Shown here piece by piece: positions 38,779 through 50,698 of a DNA stretch of 64,000 nucleotides. The notes beneath the pieces are model-generated. The model did no database searches. It saw only the letters and a program-made list of their open reading frames with translations, and was not told where the DNA came from. The translations under genes were made by a program, and so were the position numbers. The DNA is from Candidatus Doudnabacteria bacterium (lineage in GTDB: Bacteria > Patescibacteriota > Doudnabacteria > UBA920), in NCBI GenBank assembly GCA_016788665.1, contig JAEUSF010000001.1, positions 129,137-193,136 on the forward strand. Direction: 5' to 3'. Numbering within the stretch: position 1 is the stretch's first letter; each line of letters begins with the position of its first letter.

Positions 38779-39984
38779 ATGAAATTTTTATATAAAGCGA
38801 AAAGTAAAGAAGGGCAAATAAAGACTGGAATTGTGGTTGCTCCTGACCAGGAACGGGCAGAGCAGCTTTTGAGTGAAAATGCTCTGGTTATAATTTCTTT
38901 GGAGCCGCAAGAAGATGGCTTGCTTGAAAGGTTGAATCCTTTTGGAAAATCGGTCAGCAATAAAGACATTGTGCTTTTTTCCAGGCAGCTGGCCACTTTG
39001 GTTTCAGCGCGCGTGCCTATTTTGCAAGCTTTGAGAATTTTGGAAGAGCAGGTTACCAATAAATTTTTAGCTTCTATTGTCAGAGACCTTATTCAGTCGG
39101 TAGAAAACGGTGAGTCAATGAGTCTCGCCATGAATAAGCACGACAAAATTTTTGGCAGTGTTTATGTTAGTTTGGTTAAGTCGGGTGAAGTTTCGGGTAG
39201 TTTGGATAAGTCTTTAAGCTATTTGGCAGACCAATTGGAAAAAGATTACGAACTAAGAGCCAAGGTAAAAAGCGCCATGACCTACCCTCTGTTTGTGTTG
39301 GGCGCCTTGGGTGTGGTGGGAGTTTTAATGTTCAAGTTCGTATTGCCTAAATTAACCTCGGTTCTTGAAGAGCAGGGTGGAGAGCTGCCCCCGGTTTCCA
39401 GGGGGTTAATAGCTTTTACTCACTTTTTCGACCAATTTTGGTGGGTTATAATTTTAGTTTTTTCGTGTGTAGTTATTGCGACCAGGTTTTATTTGTCGAC
39501 TGAAAAAGGAATTTATAATTGGGATCGTTTAAAACTAAGACTGCCTATTGTAGGGGATATATTTCAGAAAATTTATCTAGCCAGATTTGCTAGAAACCTT
39601 TCAACTTTGGTTATTGGTGGTATTCCAATTATTAAGGCTCTACAAATTGTTGCAGATATTATTAACAACGTAATCTATAGGGATATCGTACTTAGTTCTG
39701 TAAAACAGATATCAGAAGGAAAAAGCATAAGTGAAGGATTGTCGGGGCATCCGGAATTTCCAAATATAGTCACTCAAATGGTAAGGGTGGGAGAGCAGAC
39801 CGCCCAGTTAGACGAAATAATGAACAAGCTTGCGCTTTTTTATGAAAAAGAGGTAGACAACAAGGTGGCAACTTTGGCAACTCTGCTTGAACCTATTATT
39901 ATGATAATCTTGGGTTTAGGAGTAGGAGTGCTGGTGGCGGGTATACTTATGCCTATATATAATTTAGCCAGCACAGTACAGTAG
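38779..39984 (+). CDS. pilC: type IV pilus platform protein PilC/GspF
   Basis: two T2SSF repeats, 401 aa. Confidence 0.85.
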   Translation: MKFLYKAKSKEGQIKTGIVVAPDQERAEQLLSENALVIISLEPQEDGLLERLNPFGKSVSNKDIVLFSRQLATLVSARVPILQALRILEEQVTNKFLASIVRDLIQSVENGESMSLAMNKHDKIFGSVYVSLVKSGEVSGSLDKSLSYLADQLEKDYELRAKVKSAMTYPLFVLGALGVVGVLMFKFVLPKLTSVLEEQGGELPPVSRGLIAFTHFFDQFWWVIILVFSCVVIATRFYLSTEKGIYNWDRLKLRLPIVGDIFQKIYLARFARNLSTLVIGGIPIIKALQIVADIINNVIYRDIVLSSVKQISEGKSISEGLSGHPEFPNIVTQMVRVGEQTAQLDEIMNKLALFYEKEVDNKVATLATLLEPIIMIILGLGVGVLVAGILMPIYNLASTVQ

Positions 39985-40013
39985 AAGCTCGGTTGTATTG
40001 TGTATAACTTTTC

Positions 40014-40042
40014 TTGATTGTTTGGCGAGATTCTGGTAAAAT
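40014..40042 (+). promoter_or_regulatory. sigma70-like promoter of major pilin (TTGATT-17-TAAAAT)
   Basis: good spacing, 65 nt upstream of pilin start. Confidence 0.45.
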
Positions 40043-40106
40043 ATAATTAATAAGCTAAAATTGCCTTTAGAAATAAAGACAATTTCATCCTATATTAAGA
40101 TCGGGG

Positions 40107-40613
40107 GTGAAAACTTTGAGAAACAAAAACGAAAAAGGTTTTACTTTAATTGAATTGTTAGTTGTTATAGCTATTATTGGTCTTTTAGCGTCCGTGGTCT
40201 TGTTGGCCCTTAACTCGGCTCGAGCCAAATCCAGAGACGCCAAGAGGTTAGCAGACGTTAGACAGTTGGCTTCCGCTTTGGAATTGGCGTTCAATGACGC
40301 CGGTGGTTATCCGACTTGTACGACAGCTTGTAACCAAACAGCACCTACATTGGCTATGGGAAGCGGAACCGGCGTATTAAGAGCCATTACCACCGTAACT
40401 GGTGCTGCTGGTGCTAATTTTACTCCGACTTATATTGGTTTAATTCCGACTTCGCCGGTGCCGGCTGATACAGGTTGTACTAGCCAGAACAATAACTATC
40501 AGTATGCAGCTACCGACACAGGAAGCACTTATACTTTGACTTTCTGTCTAGGCGCAGCAACTGGTGGATATAGCGCTGGTGTAAGGTCTTTGACTCCTGC
40601 AGGTATTCAGTAA
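40107..40613 (+). CDS. pilA: major type IV pilin (PilA-like), GTG start
   Basis: leader ending KG then FTLIELLVVIAIIGLLA; C-terminal disulfide loop ..TFCLGAATGGY.. Confidence 0.8.
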   Translation: MKTLRNKNEKGFTLIELLVVIAIIGLLASVVLLALNSARAKSRDAKRLADVRQLASALELAFNDAGGYPTCTTACNQTAPTLAMGSGTGVLRAITTVTGAAGANFTPTYIGLIPTSPVPADTGCTSQNNNYQYAATDTGSTYTLTFCLGAATGGYSAGVRSLTPAGIQ

Positions 40614-40658
40614 ACTAGTTTTGTAAGTTAAGAGGATGCTTTTCTTAATTTAAGAGAA

Positions 40659-41060
40659 GTGTCCTCTTTTTTAAAAAATATGAGAAATTATTTTAAATAT
40701 ATAATTTTGGGAGTACTCGCGCTGTTAGTTGTCCTTCTTAGTTTGTGGGGGCTGGGGGCGGGTAAAAAGCAGGCTTATTCAAAAACCCTGGTAGAAAATG
40801 TTAAAGCTGTTGTTTTAGCTTTAGATTTTTTTTATAATGACAATAATCGCTTCCCTACGGCAGATGAGTTTTTAAACAGGGAGATTATGCAAAGTTATTT
40901 TTCTAACTACCCTGTTTTTGAGGAATGGTCGCAAGGAGCTTGTAGCCCCGCATTTAGTTATAGCCGACCCGCTGCTAATAACTACAAGGTAGATTTTTGC
41001 CTAGTGACGCAGGTAGGTGAATATAAATCGGGCTGGAACCAGATTATAAAGGAAAAATAG
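40659..41060 (+). CDS. pilin-like protein lacking canonical class III signal
   Basis: N-terminal TM, C-terminal YKVDFCL motif shared with both pilins. Confidence 0.35.
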   Translation: MSSFLKNMRNYFKYIILGVLALLVVLLSLWGLGAGKKQAYSKTLVENVKAVVLALDFFYNDNNRFPTADEFLNREIMQSYFSNYPVFEEWSQGACSPAFSYSRPAANNYKVDFCLVTQVGEYKSGWNQIIKEK

Positions 41061-41070
41061 TCGAGAATGT

Positions 41071-43053
41071 ATGTTAAATATTTTAAAAAAAATACCTAGA
41101 TTGCCATTTAGAGAAGATACTGTTTTTTCTTTGTTTGCCTTACTTTTTTTGACCCTGCCTTTGTTTTTTAATTGGAATTTGAATGAAAAATTTGAAACTT
41201 TTAAGTTTGCTTTATGGTTAGTTTTGGGTGGAATAATTTTTTTGGCAGTAATAATAAAAAATACCGTTAGGGTTCCAAAGGGGGTGCTCGGGTATAGTTT
41301 GTTTGTATGGATATTGCTGGCGATTCTGGCAACTGTGTTTTCTATTAGTCCCCAAACAAGTTTTTTTGGATTTTACCCTCGGTTTACTAGCGGATTTTTG
41401 TTTTATTTTTTGTGGGCAATGACATTTGTGTTTTTGCTGTCCAGCACAAATACCCAGAAACAGCAGGTATTGTTTAGGATTACTTATTTTGATGCTGTAT
41501 TTATAGCAATTGTGGGTCTGCTACAGAGTTTTGGTGTTGGTTACTATGAGGGCGTTGGGCAGGCAGCAATATCAAGGGCCCCAAGCTTACTGGGGAATCC
41601 AAATTTTTCCAGTATGTTTGTAGTGTGTGCTTTGCCTTTCTGGCTGCCTTTGTATTTTGGAGCAAAAAGTTTTTCATCCAAAGTTTACTATACAGTTGGT
41701 GCATTCTTACTGCTCTGGTCTGCTGTGAATTTTTCCAGCCGTGGCGCGTGGATAGGTTTAATAACCGGTTTACTGGCGAGTCTGGTTTTTACATTTGCTT
41801 TTAAATTTTCTAAAAGTGTGAAGTTAGGCGCTGCCTCGGCTCTTTTGGGTAGCATTTTTGTTATGGCGGTTTTTTTACAAGTGGCGAGGCCAGAAGGAAT
41901 AAGTTCAATCTTGAGTTTCTCCGACCAAAGTTTAACATCGCGCTTTTTTTCATGGGAAGTGGCGGCTCGGGCCGCTTCAAAATTTCCCTTTTTTGGCTAC
42001 GGACCAGGAACTTTGCAAATATTTTATGAAAAATTTAGAGACAGCGGTATAAATGGTCAGGCCGGAATATTTGACGACGCACATAACATTTTCTTGCAAA
42101 TGGGCGCTACAACAGGTTTGCCGTTTGTTTTAATTTTTTTAACTATTTGTTTATTGGCACTCTGGCGGGGCGTTAAAAGTTTGAAGGAAAATAATTCAGA
42201 TCTGTGGGGGTTGGCCAATTTAGTTGCGTTGGTCATTTGGCTGACAACAAGTTGTTTTAACCCGGTTTCGACGGCTAATTACTTGTTATTATTGGGTATT
42301 TTAGCCAGTATGTTATTTAGTAAAACTGAATTTGTAAATCTGAATTTAAGAACGGCCTTAAAATATCCCCTGGCATGTATTGCTGTATTAATTTCCTTGT
42401 ACGGCGTAGTGTTTTTATTTTCTGAATTTTTATTTTTTAAGGCTAAGACCAGCTTTGTTGGGCAAAGTTTCATTTCTAGTCGAAAGTATGTAACTTTCGC
42501 GAACCGTATTAATCCTTTTAACCAGACATACTATTTATACCAAGTGGCCAACGAAGTTATTGCAAATCCAAAATACTTGGACTTAAACAGCCGTATAGAC
42601 AAGGTTATTGGAATGGAGCGCGAAAGTGCGAGGAGTTATGTTATGGCGGCAAATCTGAGTTATTTAACTTATGACATGACCAACGAATCAAGATATTTAA
42701 ACCAGGCAATTTTGTTTATGAACCAGTCTTTGGTCATAGACCGTTACTCGCCTTCTAGGTACGTTCATACAGCTTTCTATTTGGCAGAAGCAGGTCAGTT
42801 TGAGCTTGCTCGTGAGTATCTAAAGTCCTCTTTAGCGCTAGACTCAAATAATTTGTCTGCTTGGATGTTACTTGCAAGAATATACCAGTTAGAAAACAGG
42901 CCTGCTCAACTTAAATATGCTTTAAATGAAGCATTTAAGCTGAAGCCCGACGAGGTTTATTTGAAACAGTTAAGCCAGTCTGCCCAGGATCCCAGTCTGA
43001 TTAAAAAATTGGTAATACCAGCTTATATTAATGTTTTGCAGATAGAGCCCTAG
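41071..43053 (+). CDS. Wzy_C (O-antigen ligase-like) polytopic membrane protein with C-terminal TPR repeats
   Basis: about 12 TM, conserved periplasmic loop with RxxxxG...H, TPR region; sits between pilin and pilD like TfpO/PglL pilin glycosylases. Confidence 0.55.
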   Translation: MLNILKKIPRLPFREDTVFSLFALLFLTLPLFFNWNLNEKFETFKFALWLVLGGIIFLAVIIKNTVRVPKGVLGYSLFVWILLAILATVFSISPQTSFFGFYPRFTSGFLFYFLWAMTFVFLLSSTNTQKQQVLFRITYFDAVFIAIVGLLQSFGVGYYEGVGQAAISRAPSLLGNPNFSSMFVVCALPFWLPLYFGAKSFSSKVYYTVGAFLLLWSAVNFSSRGAWIGLITGLLASLVFTFAFKFSKSVKLGAASALLGSIFVMAVFLQVARPEGISSILSFSDQSLTSRFFSWEVAARAASKFPFFGYGPGTLQIFYEKFRDSGINGQAGIFDDAHNIFLQMGATTGLPFVLIFLTICLLALWRGVKSLKENNSDLWGLANLVALVIWLTTSCFNPVSTANYLLLLGILASMLFSKTEFVNLNLRTALKYPLACIAVLISLYGVVFLFSEFLFFKAKTSFVGQSFISSRKYVTFANRINPFNQTYYLYQVANEVIANPKYLDLNSRIDKVIGMERESARSYVMAANLSYLTYDMTNESRYLNQAILFMNQSLVIDRYSPSRYVHTAFYLAEAGQFELAREYLKSSLALDSNNLSAWMLLARIYQLENRPAQLKYALNEAFKLKPDEVYLKQLSQSAQDPSLIKKLVIPAYINVLQIEP

Positions 43054-43057
43054 ATAT

Positions 43058-43855
43058 ATGGATATTTTGGCAAAAATTTTAGTTTTTATTTTTGGTTTAT
43101 GTATAGGGAGCTTTTTAAACGTTGTAATATGGAGGCTGCCCAAAGACAAAAGCATTACGGGACGTTCTAATTGCGCATTTTGTGGTCATGTATTGTCTGT
43201 TGGGGACTTGGTGCCGGTTTTAAGTTATTTGGGTTTGGGGGGAAAATGCCGCTATTGTCATAAGAAAATCTCGCCTCGTTACTTAATAATTGAGCTAGCG
43301 ACCGGACTGGCTTATTTGTTGGCTTTTACAAGTTTCATGCCCTCTGATCTTGTGAGTGGGTTACTGTTTTTAAAAGTTTTGGTAGGGATAAGTATATTGG
43401 TAAGTGTTTTTGTTATAGACTTAGAAAACTTTTTAATTTTGGACAGCGTTATTTTTTTTGGGTTTGCGGTTTCGTTAGTTTTAAATTTGGTTTTAGACAG
43501 GCTTTCGGGGGACTGGGGAAGCGGTTCGCTATTAATTCAGGGTCTTTTGGGCGCCTTGGCCGCAAGTTTGCCATTTTTTTTGATTTGGTATTTTTCCAGG
43601 GGCCGTATGATGGGGTTTGGTGATGTTAAGCTAGCTTTGTTTATGGGTATGTTACTTGGTTTAAAGGGGGTTTTAGTGGGACTATATGTTGGAATTATTA
43701 TTGGGGGGATATGTGGGGTTTGTTTACTACTTTTTGCGGGTAAAAATTTGAAAACAAAATTGCCTTTTGGTACATTTTTATCGGTAGGTGCTTTTATTGC
43801 CTTATTTTGGGGGGAAAAAATGTTTAATTGGTACTTGGGGCTCTTAGGTTTTTAG
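43058..43855 (+). CDS. pilD: prepilin peptidase (A24 family)
   Basis: CAFCGH...CRYCHKKI zinc knuckle, GFGDVKL catalytic Asp motif. Confidence 0.85.
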   Translation: MDILAKILVFIFGLCIGSFLNVVIWRLPKDKSITGRSNCAFCGHVLSVGDLVPVLSYLGLGGKCRYCHKKISPRYLIIELATGLAYLLAFTSFMPSDLVSGLLFLKVLVGISILVSVFVIDLENFLILDSVIFFGFAVSLVLNLVLDRLSGDWGSGSLLIQGLLGALAASLPFFLIWYFSRGRMMGFGDVKLALFMGMLLGLKGVLVGLYVGIIIGGICGVCLLLFAGKNLKTKLPFGTFLSVGAFIALFWGEKMFNWYLGLLGF

Positions 43856-43891
43856 TGTTATAATTTAAAATACAATAGTATTTTTAAGAGG

Positions 43892-44668
43892 TTGGATACA
43901 AAAATAAAAATGTCCTTAAAAGGTTTCAGGCAGGCCTGTAAACAAAAGACCTATAAAGATTTGTACGAGCAACAGGGCTTTACTTTAATAGAGCTTATGG
44001 TTGTTCTTTCAATTTTTTTGGTTATTCTTGGTGTGTTATTGGCTAACTTAGCGGGCCTTAGAACTGCTCGCAACTTGAAGATTGCTCAGAATGAGTTAGT
44101 GAGTAATATTAGAAAAGTGCAAAGCTACAGCTTGTCTTCTAGGGCATTAAATGGTACGCAGGCGGTTCAGTATTATTTACTAAAGTTCGACACGACAACG
44201 CCTGACAGATATTTTATACAGGCAATTTACGATGCCTCGACTTCTCCCAAGCTAGTAACAAACGTGGAGACTATTTTTTTGCCGCAAAGCGTAAGACTGG
44301 CTTCTTCGAGTGCTATTTTAATAGACAAGCCGCCTTTGCAGTTTCCTTCCCCTCCTTCCGACAGTACCGACATAAAGCAGGAAAACAACAACACCAGTCC
44401 TTGTGCACTTTTGGCTTTTAGGCTTCCTTTTGCCAAAATAATTATAAATGGCGGAAAAGATTTACTGTATTCAAACAATACAGGGTGTACCTTTGCCAGT
44501 TTTACGAACGATGATTATGCAAAAATTAAAAATTTTGTAGCTAATAGTTCTTCAAATACCGCAGTGGCTAATTCTATTTTTACTATAACTCTGGCATCTA
44601 CGGATGGAAAACTTTCCAAGACCGTGTCTATAAATGGTCTTACGGGAGCTATTGTATTTAGCCCATAA
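43892..44668 (+). CDS. minor pilin (prepilin-type N-terminal domain)
   Basis: QQGFTLIELMVVLSIF. Confidence 0.65.
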   Translation: MDTKIKMSLKGFRQACKQKTYKDLYEQQGFTLIELMVVLSIFLVILGVLLANLAGLRTARNLKIAQNELVSNIRKVQSYSLSSRALNGTQAVQYYLLKFDTTTPDRYFIQAIYDASTSPKLVTNVETIFLPQSVRLASSSAILIDKPPLQFPSPPSDSTDIKQENNNTSPCALLAFRLPFAKIIINGGKDLLYSNNTGCTFASFTNDDYAKIKNFVANSSSNTAVANSIFTITLASTDGKLSKTVSINGLTGAIVFSP

Positions 44669-45386
44669 TATGAAATCATTTACCAAAAAACAAACTTTTT
44701 TTCAATCCGGCCAAACTTTAATTGAAACTTTGGTAGCTATTTTTATTTTGGTTATGGGTATAGTCGCGGCTTTGGGGTTGGCTATATACGCTTTAAATGC
44801 TTCCAGTAATGTAACTAAACAGATTATTGCCATTGGGCTTACGCGTGAGGGTGTTGAGGCTGTAAAAAATATGCGTGATACCAATTGGTTAAAGCTCAGT
44901 TTGGACACCGATTGCTATGAGTACGTAAGTGGCTCTAATACTGCGAAGTGTTATAAAAATTGGTTAGACAACGGTGGAAACTGGAACAATAACGGCAATG
45001 ACCGTGGGTACAGAATGGATCCGGGAGGGGTGCCAACTAGCTATAGGCTAGGGTTGGATAATAGTTCCTCAAATAAAATTTGGACTTTAAATTCGGCCGG
45101 TAGTAATTGGGGATTGGACAATGGGTTGGCTATTAGTAATTCCAGCTTTCAGGGTTTGTATGTCCCAAATACAAGCCAACCAAACGGCACATCGGAATTT
45201 TATAGAAAAATTACTCTAACTAAACAGAACAGCACGGGTCCGTATAGAGACAATTTGGAAAGATTGTTGGTTACTACTCAGGTTTGGTGGACTGATAAGA
45301 AATGTCCCAGGTCGGTAGATTGGCCTGGTTTGGGCAAATGTTCTATTCAACTACAAACTTACTTAACTAACTGGAAGAATTATTGA
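44634..45386 (+). CDS. minor pilin (prepilin-type N-terminal domain)
   Basis: GQTLIETLVAIFILVMG. Confidence 0.6.
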   Translation: MVLRELLYLAHNMKSFTKKQTFFQSGQTLIETLVAIFILVMGIVAALGLAIYALNASSNVTKQIIAIGLTREGVEAVKNMRDTNWLKLSLDTDCYEYVSGSNTAKCYKNWLDNGGNWNNNGNDRGYRMDPGGVPTSYRLGLDNSSSNKIWTLNSAGSNWGLDNGLAISNSSFQGLYVPNTSQPNGTSEFYRKITLTKQNSTGPYRDNLERLLVTTQVWWTDKKCPRSVDWPGLGKCSIQLQTYLTNWKNY

Positions 45387-45387
45387 G

Positions 45388-46095
45388 ATGAAATTCCAAA
45401 TTATAAATCCCAAATCAGGTGAATATATAAAAGGATTCACTATAATGGAAATAGTTGTTGCGACTACAATATTTGCCGTGGTTGCTTCTTCTATGATGGG
45501 TCTTTTTAATTACACTCTAAAAATAAATCGGCGCACAGAGGCATTTAGGCAGGCAACGCAAGGCATGCGGACTTTTGCTGAAAGTTTAGTTAAGCAAATA
45601 AGAAATGGTCAAATTAGTTACGGGATTAATGGCACCTCTCCCGCTTTGGAAAATAGCAGTGTGTGCGGTGCAGGTGACGTAAATAATAGGTATTATACCG
45701 ACAAAGAAAATAAATTAAGAATTACAGATACCGACGGGGCGGATATATGTTTTTATTTGGCAAGTGCATCTCAAAGTTATGTGGGCGCAAATGTTTTTTC
45801 TGGAAATCATTTAATTATGGAAAAAAATATTGGGAACAGTTATGCTAAGCAGACCTTAAACCCAAGTAATTTTACAGTAGAAAATTTGGCGTTTTTTGTC
45901 AGGCCGGTTTGTGACCCTTATGACCATTGTAACGATGCTTCGCCTGGTGTATATGCTAACAATAGTTCGCCTAAACTCCAACCCGTTGTTGGAATATTTA
46001 TGAAAGTTAAGGTAAGTTTAAATACAGGGGAACAGGTAAATTTTAGTTACCAGACTTCAGTTTCTAGCAATAAATATGACATTCCTGCCAACTAA
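45388..46095 (+). CDS. minor pilin (prepilin-type N-terminal domain)
   Basis: GFTIMEIVVATTIFAVV. Confidence 0.6.
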   Translation: MKFQIINPKSGEYIKGFTIMEIVVATTIFAVVASSMMGLFNYTLKINRRTEAFRQATQGMRTFAESLVKQIRNGQISYGINGTSPALENSSVCGAGDVNNRYYTDKENKLRITDTDGADICFYLASASQSYVGANVFSGNHLIMEKNIGNSYAKQTLNPSNFTVENLAFFVRPVCDPYDHCNDASPGVYANNSSPKLQPVVGIFMKVKVSLNTGEQVNFSYQTSVSSNKYDIPAN

Positions 46096-46098
46096 AAT

Positions 46099-48057
46099 AT
46101 GAAAAAAAATTCTGTTTTAAAAAATCAGGCTGGTGTAACTTTAATGCTGTCGGTTTTGGTATTGTCGGCTATTTTGGCTATTGCTTTTAGTTTGGCTACG
46201 GTGACTTTTGTTGAAATACGCTCGTCTGGGGATCTAATCAGAACTGAGCCTGCTTATTATTCTGCTGAGTCGGTGTCTGAAGAGGCTTTGTTTAAAATAA
46301 AAAGAAACTTATCTGACCAGCAACTGGCATATAATTCTAGTTTAAACAACGTGGACTTGTCTTCGGAGACAACTTTTTTATCTACACCAATTTTTCAAGC
46401 AAAAATAGGTAAGACCACAAATAGTTTTACCGGGACCACTAACAGGTATCCTTTGTTCGATACTTCGTGCCCGGCTCCTCTTAGTGGTTCAAGTACTCCG
46501 GCGCATTGTGTATCGGGAGGAAGTGGTTATGCTAGGCTAAAATTAACCTATTTGGATACTGGAAATAATACAGATCAGATGCGTGCGTATTTATGCCAAT
46601 TTGATCCTAGAAAATCTGTAGATCCTACAGGCTCGGACCCCTCGGCTTATAGGACGTTGCCTTGCTCTGATCCGAGTGACACCACAAGCGGTTATTGGCT
46701 TGTTTATAATGATAGTTTAAGCACAAATAATACTAGGGAAGGTGGAGTTAATGGAGGTAACTGGCCTTCATTAGACCCTTATCAGCAGCAGGAGTTAATT
46801 CTATATAATTCCGGAGGTGGGGCTGATATATACGCACAAGTTGAAACTTATGATGGTAACGGCTTGCCTAAAGGCTTGCCTTTGGTTGGCTCAACAGCGG
46901 TGGATATTAGCGCATCTAATTCCGGCGTGGTAAGGAAAATTCGCACTGTTATTCCAGCCTCTGCTTCTTCGGGTGGTTCAGTGGCTGGTTTTGCCCACTA
47001 CAGAACCATTACTATCCCAGCCCAAAGTACTAACAGCGCTGACTTAAGTAGTTTTCCTGTTTTAATTAGCACGACTTTAAATTCTTTAAAAACTACTTCA
47101 AACGGGGGGTCGGTTACAAATGCTAATGGTTACGATATAGTTTTTTATTCAAATTCTTCTCTGTCCTCCAAGCTCGACTATCAGGTAGAGTCTTATAATT
47201 CTGCGACTGGAGAATTAAATGCCTGGGTTAGGGTGCCGGTTGTTTCAAGGTCAGCTCCCACTTTAATTTATATGGCATATGGAAATTCTGGAATTGCTAG
47301 TAGTCAGGAGAGTGTAACAAGTGTGTGGGATTCCAACTATAAAGCGGTGCTGCATATGGCCGACAGTACTTCGAACACTGATATTCAGGATTCTACTTCC
47401 AATGGTAATTTGGCTGCAAACGTAGCCAATACAAATGGTAAGTCTATTGCCGGAATTATCAAAAATGCTTTAAGTTATGATGGGTCTACCGATTACTCCA
47501 GCTTTGGTTCAAGTAATACCTTGAATTTTGCAGCAAATGAGCCATTTACTTTTTCAGCTTGGTTTAAGACGACTAATTCTTATGGAGCCATAATATCTTT
47601 TAGAAACTCTGCTCAAGATGGCGCGGTTATGGACTTGGTAGTAGGACATACAGGGGCCGCAGACAATGGGGGCAGACTTGCTGTGTTGGTCCGGCGTGAC
47701 AACGGGGGCGGAGGATTCTGTCAGATTTTTGGTAACTTGGTTAACGACAATAATTGGCATTATGCTGTTGCGAAAAGAAACTCCAGTGGGACTGTTCAGT
47801 TGTATTTAGACGGGTCTTCGCAAGGTACTTGTTCGGGCAGTGAGACTTCGGGTGCTATAACTACTAACTTAAGAAACATAGCCTTTGAACGAAGATGGGT
47901 TCAGGATGGTTATTTGTCGCAAAGTACTCAAGCTTTAGAGGCCAGTTTAGATGAAATTAGAATATCTAATATAGACAGGTCCAGTGACTGGGTAGCTACG
48001 GAGCATAGAAACCAAAGTTCTCCTGGGGCTTTTTATACCGTGGGCTCTGAACAATAA
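46099..48057 (+). CDS. large pilus-associated protein with N-terminal pilin-like TM and C-terminal LamG/concanavalin-like domain (PilX/PilY1-like tip adhesin candidate)
   Basis: N-terminus GVTLMLSVLVLSAILAIAF; C-terminal LDEIRISNIDRSSDW typical of LamG_3 domains. Confidence 0.5.
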   Translation: MKKNSVLKNQAGVTLMLSVLVLSAILAIAFSLATVTFVEIRSSGDLIRTEPAYYSAESVSEEALFKIKRNLSDQQLAYNSSLNNVDLSSETTFLSTPIFQAKIGKTTNSFTGTTNRYPLFDTSCPAPLSGSSTPAHCVSGGSGYARLKLTYLDTGNNTDQMRAYLCQFDPRKSVDPTGSDPSAYRTLPCSDPSDTTSGYWLVYNDSLSTNNTREGGVNGGNWPSLDPYQQQELILYNSGGGADIYAQVETYDGNGLPKGLPLVGSTAVDISASNSGVVRKIRTVIPASASSGGSVAGFAHYRTITIPAQSTNSADLSSFPVLISTTLNSLKTTSNGGSVTNANGYDIVFYSNSSLSSKLDYQVESYNSATGELNAWVRVPVVSRSAPTLIYMAYGNSGIASSQESVTSVWDSNYKAVLHMADSTSNTDIQDSTSNGNLAANVANTNGKSIAGIIKNALSYDGSTDYSSFGSSNTLNFAANEPFTFSAWFKTTNSYGAIISFRNSAQDGAVMDLVVGHTGAADNGGRLAVLVRRDNGGGGFCQIFGNLVNDNNWHYAVAKRNSSGTVQLYLDGSSQGTCSGSETSGAITTNLRNIAFERRWVQDGYLSQSTQALEASLDEIRISNIDRSSDWVATEHRNQSSPGAFYTVGSEQ

Positions 48058-48061
48058 AATA

Positions 48062-48095
48062 AAATCCCGTCACATCAGTGACGGGATTTTATTTT
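48062..48095. terminator. bidirectional terminator
   Basis: aaaatcccgtcac/gtgacgggatttt. Confidence 0.65.
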
Positions 48096-48104
48096 ACAGA
48101 AAGT

Positions 48105-48488
48105 TTATTGCGGAACCTTTATGGTTTGCCCGGGTTTAACTAAGAAAGGGCTTTTCAAGTTATTTAAGGTTGCCAATGTGGTCCAGTTTATATTGAACTT
48201 TTGGCTAATACTAAAAAGGGTGTCGCTTTTTTGTACGGTATATTCAATAAATTGAATTTCATTTTGCTGCTGGGGTCTTGTGTTTGAAACGCCCAAGACT
48301 TGTTTTTCCAAAGCAGCAGAGTCATTTCCGGAGTTTGAAAAGATTAAACGGACAGCGTTAACTGTGAGTGCTAATGAAATAACTAAGAGGGAAGAGGCAA
48401 AAATTTTTAGCTTTTTGGTCTGACTTAAGCCTCGTCCAACCGAAAGCTTTAGGCGCGGAGAAAGTTCAATTTTACGGGCTGGTAGCAT
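48105..48488 (-). CDS. LysM-domain membrane protein
   Basis: N-terminal TM, C-terminal LysM YTVQKSDTLFSISQKF...VKPGQTIKVP. Confidence 0.6.
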   Translation of the reverse strand: MLPARKIELSPRLKLSVGRGLSQTKKLKIFASSLLVISLALTVNAVRLIFSNSGNDSAALEKQVLGVSNTRPQQQNEIQFIEYTVQKSDTLFSISQKFNINWTTLATLNNLKSPFLVKPGQTIKVPQ

Positions 48489-48571
48489 TTAAAAATTTTT
48501 ATTTCTTGAGTTACTTATAACCCAATTTTATCATATTTTACCCTTATTTCCTTGTGGATAACATATTATAG

Positions 48572-50662
<2,091 letters not shown>

Positions 50663-50698
50663 GTTATATAATATAAAAACGAATTAATTGATATAAAT

